Assembly (NCBI GenBank): GCA_002269645.1
Contig: NIVC01000797.1
Coordinates: 248,001-312,000, forward strand
DNA from: Macrostomum lignano
Lineage: Eukaryota
DNA length: 64,000 bases
Direction of reading: 5' to 3'
Program-made: the position numbers and the translations under genes
In this document: piece by piece, positions 54,335 to 64,000 of the stretch
How positions within the stretch are numbered: the first letter of the stretch is position 1
How the letters are laid out: each line of letters opens with the position of its first letter
Notes under the pieces: model-generated
Told to the model about the DNA's origin: nothing
Seen by the model: only the letters and a program-made list of their open reading frames with translations
Database searches by the model: none

Positions 54335-56020
54335 TTGACTCGTCACTGATTCCATGACTCGTCACTGATTCCATTGATCGTCACTGATTCCATCACTCGT
54401 CACTGATTCCATTGATCATCACTGATTCCATCACTCGTCACTGATTCCATTGATCGTCACTGATTCCATCACTCGTCACTGATTCCATGACTCGTCACTG
54501 ATTCCATCACTCGTCACTGATTTCATTAATCGTCACTGATTCCATCACTCGTCACTGATTCCATCACTCGTCACTGATTCCATCACTCGTCACTGATTCC
54601 ATTGATCGTCACTGATTTCATTATTATCGTCACTGATTCCATTAATCGTCACTGATTCCATGACTCGTCACTGATTCCATGACTCGTCACTGATTCCATG
54701 ACTCGTCACTGATTTCATTAAAAATCGTCACTGATTCCATCACTTGTCACTGATTCCATGACTCGTCACTGATTCCATGACTCGTCACTGATTCCATGAC
54801 TCGTCACTGATTTCATTAAAAATCGTCACTGATTCCATCACTTGTCACTGATTCCATTGATCGTCACTGATTCCATTGATCATCACTGATTCCATTGATC
54901 GTCACTGATTCCATCACTTGTCACTGATTCCATTGATCGTCACTGATTCCATCACTCGTCACTGATTCCATTGATCATCACTGATTCCATCACTCGTCAC
55001 TGATTCCATGACTCGTCACTGATTCCATCACTCGTCACTGATTTCATTAATCGTCACTGATTCCATCACTCGTCACTGATTCCATCACTCGTCACTGATT
55101 CCATCACTCGTCACTGATTCCATTGATCGTCACTGATTCCATTGATCGTCACTGATTTCATTATTATCGTCACTGATTCCATTAATCGTCACTGATTCCA
55201 TGACTCGTCACTGATTCCATGACTCGTCACTGATTCCATGACTCGTCACTGATTCCATGACTCGTCACTGATTCCATGACTCGTCACTGATTTCATTAAA
55301 AATCGTCACTGATTCCATCACTCGTCACTGATTCCATTGATCGTCACTGATTCCATTGATCGTCACTGATTCCATCACTCGTCACTAATTCCATTGATCG
55401 TCACTGATTTCATTAATAATCGTCACTGATTCCATTGATCATCACTGATTCCATTGATCGTCACTGATTCCATTGATCGTCACTGATTCCATTGATCGTC
55501 ACTGATTCCATTGATCGTCACTGATTCCATTGATCGTCACTGATTTCATTAATAATCGTCACTGATTCCATTGATCATCACTGATTCCATTGATCGTCAC
55601 TGATTCCATTGATCGTCACTGATTCCATTGATCGTCACTGATTCCATTGATCATCACTGATTCCATTGATCGTCACTGATTCCATTGATCGTCACTGATT
55701 CCATTGATCGTCACTGATTCCATTGATCGTCACTGATTCCATTGATCGTCACTGATTCCATTGATCGTCACTGATTTCATTAATAATCGTCACTGATTCC
55801 ATTGATCATCACTGATTTCATTAATAATCGTCACTGATTCCATTGATCGTCACTGATTTCATTAATAATCGTCACTGATTCCATTGATCATCACTGATTC
55901 CATTGATCGTCACTGATTCCATTGATCATCACTGATTCCATTGATCTTCACTGATTCCATCACTTGTCACTGATTCCATTGATCGTCACTGATTCCATCA
56001 CTCGTCACTGATTCCATGAC
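54335..56020. repeat. 19-bp minisatellite (TCGTCACTGATTCCAT[TGA/GAC/CAC])n
   Basis: Read directly; constant core with a variable 3-nt tail, plus longer TTAATAAT variants. Confidence 0.96.
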
Positions 56021-56979
56021 TACCTGTACAATCGTATGTACAGTTCCCCCCAGTGACATCGGAACTGAAACAAGAGACGTATTTCTCATCCTTTTGAACG
56101 ATTTGAAAAAGCATATTTACTTCTGCCTTCAATGCGTCAAATTACTGGCTTGAGTATCTATCCGTTTCCCTCGTCAATTGTTGCAGGCAGCAAAGGCAGG
56201 TGACTGGAGAAAGAAATTCCCGTCACGGTCTCACGCTAAAAGTACGATATTTCTTCGCAGCTGAGGCATGCCAGTTCTCACACCTCTCTTTCTTCATCTA
56301 ATTCTGCTTATTCCTCCAGAGATGCTGAAGAGACAGAGGCTGCAATGCTAGCCTTAGTTAAAAAACTCATGCTCAATTGCCGCACCTCAATGGAAGGGAG
56401 CTGTCTGTGGAAGGCTTTCTTTTCTAAAGTGGCAGCGGGCTCGTCTTGTGCTTTCTTATCTTCCCTCTTTTCCCCTCTCCTCCGTGTGAGCTGGTTTCAT
56501 CAATAATGGGACTGACTGCTGCAAGGCGTGGATTTGGGAGCAGGCAAATATCGATTAAAAAAGATAGTTCCAAGAAGAACTCGTACAATATTTCTGATGA
56601 TTTTAGTTCTACCGCAATTTTCTATTGCTGCAAAATTCCCATGAAAATTCAAGAACAGACTGGCTTTTCAGCATTCTATTTTTATTGTAAGTCTCACAGA
56701 CACAAAATTTCTGAGGACAAACATCGAAGTTGATGCGGACTGTTTGATGTACTTGACATTTTGATACTTCGGAGTGGCAGTCAAAGCTGCTGGTTTATAT
56801 CGAGGCCGAACGTCGGTAATCCATCTTAGCGTCAGATATGTAGCGATTTATTCTGCGCCTTGGGGGCTGGCCCGATAAGCATTAGGCTAATATTCTCGCT
56901 TTTTTTAATCAAAACCGATTACCTTTCCATGCCGAAGCCTGAAAATATAATAAACTGTTCCTGCCGTCACAGTCAATAG

Positions 56980-57468
56980 GACTGGCCATAGACTATCGCT
57001 GCCATTTCAACACACTGCTGTGGGGTCTGGCCATAGACTATCGCTGCCATTTCAACACACTGCTGTGGGGTCTGGCCATAGACTATCGCTGCCATTTCAA
57101 CACACTGCTGTGGGGTCTGGCCATAGACTATCGCTGCCATTTCAACACACTGCTGTGGGGTCTGGCCATAGACTATCGCTGCCATTTCAACACACTGCTG
57201 TGGGGTCTGGCCATAGACTATCGCTGCCATTTTAACACACTGCTGTGGGATCTGGCCATAGACTATGGATTCAATTTCAACACACTGCTGTGGGATCTGG
57301 CCATAGACTATCGCTGCCATTTCGACACACTGCTGTGAGGGCTGGCCATAGACTATCGCTGCCATTTCAACACACTGCTGTGGGGTCCGGCCAAAGACTA
57401 TCATTGCCATTTCAACACACTGCTGTGGGGTCCAGCCATAGACTATCACTGCCATTTGACACTGCTGT
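56980..57468. repeat. 45-bp tandem repeat, ~10 copies (CTGGCCATAGACTATCGCTGCCATTTCAACACACTGCTGTGGGGT)
   Basis: Read directly; 15-aa periodicity in the ORF track. Confidence 0.95.
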
Positions 57469-58454
57469 GCAAAGAGAAAGGAGCACTTATTCCATACGAA
57501 GGCTTAGCTCTAGAATTGAATCCAAGAGGTTTCCAGTCCACACCTTCTCTTGAAGCTCATGGCCCGGGGGTCGGGTGGGGTAGAAAGAGAAGATTAAATT
57601 GAGTATAGAGAGCGAGATAGAAGACTATCTGAGATACTATACAGATATGGGCAGGTGAAGGGTGCATGAGTTTTCAGGTGATTTTGTTGATGAAGAAGAA
57701 TCTCCAGGTCCCAGAGCGCCCGTCAGAAAAGTGACGCACAGTGGTACGAGCTGAGGAAGATCGGGCTGACTGAGTGTGTTTGCCCACTAGGTGGTGCCGG
57801 CTCATTTCGAGTGGGTGTCAAATTTCCTTTAAGACTGCGCCGCAGCGCTTCCTGTTTTTTGTTATTGCTGTGCAAATAATAATCAAGGAAAATTATTGAT
57901 TATTAACAGTAATATTTTTCTGACAGAAATCTGATTAGTACAAGTTGAGGGTATCGACGGGGGCCACATTGACAGGTAGGGTTTTGAGTTCGCAATTGGA
58001 TAGGTAGTTCAAATAAAAGTACACTGCATTTATCATCTAGACCTGTTAAAAAGATCTCGAAGTACTATTAAAAAACTATAGCTACAAAGAAAACGAGACA
58101 ACAGAATGACAACAGATTGTGGAATTATTTGCTAAGTTATAATCAACACTTATACTACTATTGCGTAGGACGTGCATTTTCAATCGCAAGACAAAAACAA
58201 AAGAGTAACTCCAAGAGTAACTTCTATGGTAAAGTCACCAGTTCGTGACAGAAAAATACACGGGGAGGAGGGAATTTTACATCATAGGAGTTTATTATCG
58301 GGTCTTCGAAAAGACAATTTTGCTTTGTGCATTACAACGTAACTCTTAGATAAGACAGCGCTATCTTTGACAGTCGTGTCATTTTATTACAGTATGATCA
58401 ATTTCAGGCTTTGTTTTCTAAATATAAACAAAATACACAACGAAACAAGGTCAC

Positions 58455-59706
58455 ATGGTAAATGGTCACATAGTGACACAAGTCTCAAAGCACAGTGCTA
58501 AATGGCCACATAGTGACACAAGTCTCAAAGCACAGTGCTAAATGGTCACATAGTGATACAAGTTTCAAAGCACAGTGCTAAATGGTCACATAGTGATACA
58601 AGTTTCAAAGCACAGTGCTAAATGGCCACATAGTGATACAAGTTTCAAAGCACAGTGCTAAATGGTCACATAGTGATACAAGTTTCAAAGCACAGTGCTA
58701 AATGGTCACATAGTGATACAAGTTTCAAAGCACAGTGCTAAATGGCCACATAGTGATACAAGTTTCAAAGCACAGTGCTAAATGGCCACATAGTGATACA
58801 AGTTTCAAAGCACAGTGCTAAATGGTCACATAGTGATACAAGTCTCAAAGCACAGTGCTAAATGGCCACATAGTGATACAAGTTTCAAAGCACAGTGCTA
58901 AATGGCCACATAGTGATACAAGTTTCAAAGCACAGTGCTAAATGGCCACATAGTGATACAAGTCTCAAAGCACAGTGCTAAATGGCCACATAGTGATACA
59001 AGTCTCAAAGTACGGTGCTCATTGGTCACATAGTGACACAAGTCTCAAAGCACAGTGCTAAATGGTCACATAGTGACACAAGTCTCAAAGCACAGTGCTT
59101 AATGGTCACACAGTGACACAAGTCTCAAAGCACAGTGCTAAATGGCCACATAGTGATACAAGTCTCAAAGTACGGTGCTCATTGGTCACATAGTGACACA
59201 AGTCTCAAAGCACAGTGCTAAATGGTCACATAGTGATACAAGTCTCAAAGTACGGTGCTCATTGGTCACATAGTGATACAAGTTTCAAAGCACAGTGCTA
59301 AATGGCCACATAGTGATACAAGTTTCAAAGCACAGTGCTAAATGGTCACATAGTGATACAAGTCTCAAAGCACAGTGCTAAATGGCCACATAGTGATAAA
59401 AGTTTCAAAGCACAGTGCTAAATGGCCACATAGTGATACAAGTTTCAAAGCACAGTGCTAAATGGCCACATAGTGATACAAGTCTCAAAGCACAGTGCTA
59501 AATGGCCACATAGTGATACAAGTCTCAAAGTACGGTGCTCATTGGTCACATAGTGACACAAGTCTCAAAGCACAGTGCTAAATGGTCACATAGTGACACA
59601 AGTCTCAAAGCACAGTGCTTAATGGTCACACAGTGACACAAGTCTCAAAGCACAGTGCTAAATGGCCACATAGTGATACAAGTCTCAAAGTACGGTGCTC
59701 ATTGGT
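58455..59706. repeat. 40-bp minisatellite (AAATGGTCACATAGTGATACAAGTTTCAAAGCACAGTGCT)n, ~31 copies, starting ~60 bp 3' of the GPCR stop codon
   Basis: Read directly. Confidence 0.96.
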
Positions 59707-59766
59707 CAGAGCGTCAATTACAGTTCTGGTTGAAACCACACAGTGTCCGATTTCGTCAGTGCCAAA

Positions 59767-61098
59767 TCAGTCGTACAAGGAGTCGTGCGACTTGGCCAGC
59801 TTCTGTCCGTGCCCTTCAATGTGCTGCAACGATCCACAACCCGTGGCCGCGTCTCCGCTGCCGCCGGCGCTGGTCCCGTCGCCACCATTGTTGGCGTACA
59901 GGCATTTCAGGTGCACGGTCTCCAAGGCGTGCGAATCTGCGCCGGAGGTCATATCGGCTGTAGCGTCGGCATTGGCGGCCGCGGCTTCGGCCGCCCGACG
60001 GCAAACTCCGCAGACCAGCGGACGGGCCGCCAGACGGTAGACGTCGCTGCGAAATTTGGCGGAGCTGGCCGAGTATACGAAGAAATTTAACAGAGAATCG
60101 GTGACGGACAACACGTTGGTGATGGTGTCCGGGTGGATCGGCAGCGTGCCCTGCAAGCTTGGAGACACAATCAGCATCGTAGTGGACACGAAGGTTGGAA
60201 ACTCGAGCACGGAGAACAGGATGGCCAGGCCGAGGACCATCTGGCTGGCTCTGCGCGAGCTCAGCGTCCGTTTCTGCTGACTGCGCCCGGCATTCTGACG
60301 GCAAGAGTGGCCGCACCGTTTCGCTGGCCGGCTGCGTCGAATCTTCACCCACATGATCACGGTGGGGATCGGGATGAGCACTGTTGGAATCAGCGACTGG
60401 AAAGCGTACAGAGCCCACTGGGCGCCTGACGAGTTCATGAGAGGCCGGATGACGACCAGGTCTGGCAGGTTGGTGCATAGCGCTCCCATGTGGCCGAGGT
60501 TGTTCAGGACGGCCAGCAGGAGGGCGACGGCGATCACGGCGCAGAACATCCCGGCCAGGCGAGTCCGGCTGAACAGCAAGAAACGACGCGAAGCCAACGG
60601 CCGGGCGATGACTTCGCAACGGGCTGAACTAATCAACAGTACGTTCCAGTTCCTGATGGACACCAGAGTGTTGATGCCGATGTGTACGCAGGTTGTCACC
60701 GTGTAGCTAGGCACAGTGTGCCAGTGCTCAAAGTCGCTACGAACAATGCCAGTCTCCACTAGCAGGATGCACTGCAGGCAGATCTCGGTGCACGAGATTG
60801 ACAGCAGGGAGAAGCGGACAGCTCGATTGTCGAATTTCTGCTTGGCGAAGATGAACAGCGAGAGCGAATTGGCAACCAGAGCCACGGCGGCGATGGGCAG
60901 AATGATGAGGCTGTTGAATTTTTCTGTCTCCACAAAGCCGTGTCCGTGATCTTTGAGGGTTTTATTGGGCTCGGATTCGTTGCACCAGTCTCTGATGTAG
61001 TATAGCATGGCTGCTGGAGCTGGGAAGCAAGTTGGGTAAGGGTTCAATTCGTTAGGCAATTTGGCTTTAATGCACTTGTCGATTTCAAGAAAAGTCAT
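59767..61098 (-). CDS. Intronless class A (rhodopsin-like) orphan GPCR of FMRFamide/peptide-receptor-like type, 443 aa
   Basis: Seven hydrophobic segments; TM1 VAN, TM2 SISCTE, TM3 LISSARCEVIARPL (DRY region), TM5 LIP, basic ICL3, TM6 FSVLEFP, TM7 DSLLNFFVY followed by helix 8 SAKFR. Confidence 0.92.
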   Translation of the reverse strand: MTFLEIDKCIKAKLPNELNPYPTCFPAPAAMLYYIRDWCNESEPNKTLKDHGHGFVETEKFNSLIILPIAAVALVANSLSLFIFAKQKFDNRAVRFSLLSISCTEICLQCILLVETGIVRSDFEHWHTVPSYTVTTCVHIGINTLVSIRNWNVLLISSARCEVIARPLASRRFLLFSRTRLAGMFCAVIAVALLLAVLNNLGHMGALCTNLPDLVVIRPLMNSSGAQWALYAFQSLIPTVLIPIPTVIMWVKIRRSRPAKRCGHSCRQNAGRSQQKRTLSSRRASQMVLGLAILFSVLEFPTFVSTTMLIVSPSLQGTLPIHPDTITNVLSVTDSLLNFFVYSASSAKFRSDVYRLAARPLVCGVCRRAAEAAAANADATADMTSGADSHALETVHLKCLYANNGGDGTSAGGSGDAATGCGSLQHIEGHGQKLAKSHDSLYD

Positions 61099-62324
61099 AA
61101 TGGTTTGGCATATTTAATGTGGTTCTGTCCCTGCCTAACCGGAAGACATCAGTTAGTATTAGGCGGCTTGTTTGTCACTGGCTCAGTTCTGCGACCTAAT
61201 TTTGTTTTCCCATGCGCCCATGCGGTAAATGCTTCCTGAACCTAATCGTAATTGGAAAATTCCACATATTGTCTCACAAAATCCGCCTTTGTCTGGCAGC
61301 CAGGGGATTCAGCCTCAGATCGAATCAAGGGAGGGAGGTTTGATAAAAAACGTTCTTTGGAAAAAGTATTTCTGCCTTGTGAATTGTAGGTTTCTGTTGA
61401 CACAAAAGCGTAACGATGATTTCTGGCTAAGAGGGCTCACGAGATAATAGCCTTCTATTATAGGGGCCGGTTCTGTAACGACCCTCGATTATATTTAGCA
61501 TTGGGCTTTTGCACATCGGGAAACGTATTTGCTAATTCATTCCACTTAAATATTGCGGAAATAGAAAAATTAGAGTTTTTCTGCAATAGTTCTCCAGTTT
61601 TGACATTTCCGATACGTATTTCCTTAGCTCAGAAGATTACCTAGGTTCCTATGAATCATGAAAATAATAAGCAGCCTCAATTGAAGCACGAATACCGGTA
61701 TCACGTGATTAACTTAATAAAATTAACCCTCAACTCGATATCTCTAATAGTAGCTCGAGTCTCATTTAGTTATAAATCCATCTGTCTTTGCTCATTTCTG
61801 CCGGAGCCAACGCCGCATGATCCACCCGCGGATGCTGCTGCCTCCCTCATCTGTGAGTTTGCGCTGGGTCGTGTGGCTTCCTTGTTGACTGACTGGCTCT
61901 CTCTCTCTCTCTCTCTCTCTCTGTGGCAGCAGGACGCATCTTTCCGCGCGAATCTCCTTCCAGCCTCGCTCCCCAACCTGGGCATCCCTCCTTTGCCACC
62001 GGAAGCCTGAACTTATCAAAGGCCGAGCTGTCAGCGGGCCGCTAACTGCCGCATCGGCTCCAGCAAACAAACCGCAGGCAGAGAAGCTGAGCTGGCTTGG
62101 ACTCTGCTTGTCTTTGTTCCCAGAGCTCGTTAAAAGTTGATCAAGTCCCGACTGGAACGGACTGTGAATCATGCAGGCTTATCTGCTATTTTTCCAAGAC
62201 GCTTTGGCAGACATTGGAGTCCATCCAAAATACTCGTATGTCGAAGAAGATTCAACTGCAAAATGCACAGAATAAATTCAAGAGACGACGTATCAGTCAA
62301 ATTTTTATCTAAGACACAAAATCA

Positions 62325-63447
62325 TCTACGATGCACACCAGACAGACACAACATCTGCGATGCACACCAGACAGACACAACATCTGCGATGCACACCAGA
62401 CTGACACAACATCTGCGATGCACACCAGACAGACACAACATCTGCGATGCACACCAGACTGACACAACATCTGCGATGCACACCAGACAGACACAACATC
62501 TAATGATGCACACCAGACAGACACAAAATCTAATGATGCACACCAGACAGACACAACATCTGCGATGCACACCAGACAGACACAACATCTGCGATGCACA
62601 CCAGACAGACACAGCATCTGCGATGCACACCAGACAGACACAACATCTGCGATGCACACCAGACTGACACAACATCTGCGATGCACACCAGACTGACACA
62701 ACATCTGCGATGCACACCAGACTGACACAACATCTGCGATGCACACCAGACAGACACAACATCTAATGATGCACACCAGACAGACACAAAATCTAATGAT
62801 GCACACCAGACAGACACAACATCTGCGATGCACACCAGACAGACACAACATCTGCGATGCACACCAGACAGACACAACATCTGCGATGCACACCAGACAG
62901 ACACAGCATCTGCGATGCACACCAGACAGACACAACATCTGCGATGCACACCAGACTGACACAACATCTGCGATGCACACCAGACTGACACAACATCTGC
63001 GATGCACACCAGACTGACACAACATCTGCGATGCACACCAGACAGACACAACATCTAATGATGCACACCAGACAGACACAAAATCTAATGATGCACACCA
63101 GACAGACACAACATCTGCGATGCACACCAGACAGACACAACATCTGCGATGCACACCAGACAGACACAACATCTGCGATGCACACCAGACAGACACAACA
63201 TCTAATGATGCACACCAGACAGACACAACATCTGCGATGCACACCAGACAGACACAACATCTGCGATGCACACCAGACAGACACAACATCTGCGATGCAC
63301 ACCAGACAGACACAGCATCTGCGATGCACACCAGACAGACACAACATCTGCGATGCACACCAGACAGACACAACATCTGCGATACACACCAGACAGACAC
63401 AACATCTAATGATGCACACCAGACAGACACAACATCTGCGATACACA
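62325..63447. repeat. 29-bp minisatellite (GATGCACACCAGACAGACACAACATCTGC)n with 30-bp ATCTAAT variants and internal higher-order repetition
   Basis: Read directly. Confidence 0.95.
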
Positions 63448-64000
63448 TTACACTCACACAGTGGCGCTGACACATCGATGCTTAGTTGATTTATGCCTGA
63501 TGATCATCGTGCATATTTTCCAGAATAACTTTGATCCTTTTAAGCAGAGTTTCCAGGCTAAAGAAATGGCTTCCAAGCCTTCTGGACATGATTTCCTTTT
63601 CATTTTTTCTGCAACATTCCATTTTCTAACCAATCTCGCTTCCTTTGAAGGCCATACATGCTCACTTTTCATTTCAGCTGAGTCCGCTTTCATCCGCTTC
63701 CTTGACCAATCTATCCAGGACTTCTCAAGGAGCCGGACATTCCCTCTTCCATGACTTCCTAAACCTCTATTCATTGAAAAGCAATGCCGCGCATATAGAT
63801 TGGGAATAAAAATAAAAGGGAAATTTTCCAGCGGACTCTCTCTCGACAATGGGATATTGGGGAGTAGTAGAGTTTGCAAAGCCCAGAGGAAGTTGGGTTG
63901 AAAAAGATCGCTTGATTAAATTTGACTTTTAATTAAAGCAAAGACTTCCTCTCGGTCCGACCGGAGGAGACAATCGCCATTTGCTCGAAGTGCTCGTAAA

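Noticed and set aside
57782-57798. CTCF-like motif CCACTAGGTGGTGCC
   Set aside because: A single motif match can occur by chance, and it is unknown whether this organism has CTCF.
54335-59706. CRISPR-like appearance of regular 19-45-bp arrays
   Set aside because: Units are head-to-tail with no unique spacers, there are no cas genes, and the context is eukaryotic.
63454-63879. 141-aa minus-strand and 97-aa plus-strand ORFs at the window end
   Set aside because: No recognisable motif or convincing splice context; could be a fragment of something extending past the window.

Overview
Eukaryotic (metazoan, invertebrate) genomic DNA: GC-rich exons, GT-AG introns, and roughly 40% of the window in short-unit tandem arrays. 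The style suggests a free-living flatworm such as Macrostomum, but that is an unverified impression. Six protein-coding loci could be reconstructed by hand with frame-consistent splice junctions: (1) the 3' part of a probably Cys-less pentameric ligand-gated ion channel (+, 4235-6465); (2) a 14-3-3 locus with one N-terminal exon followed by two complete, diverged C-terminal exon sets (+, 11652-18076); (3) an 8-exon SLC16/MCT transporter (-, 19927-26105); (4) a 7-exon P2X receptor (+, 38676-48828); (5) a single-coding-exon class IV (SIRT6/7-like) sirtuin homologue whose catalytic motifs are destroyed and which carries a possibly YEATS-like C-terminal domain (-, 52322-53446); (6) an intronless rhodopsin-class orphan GPCR (-, 59767-61098). 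There is also a 2.65-kb foldback element with ~1.2-kb near-perfect inverted arms, two small MITE-like elements and more than 30 tandem arrays. The leading candidates for undescribed biology are the one-head/two-tails 14-3-3 gene, the pseudo-sirtuin and the foldback element. Most long ORFs in the supplied track are artefacts of tandem repeats. All coordinates and alignments were done by eye; no database searches were run.
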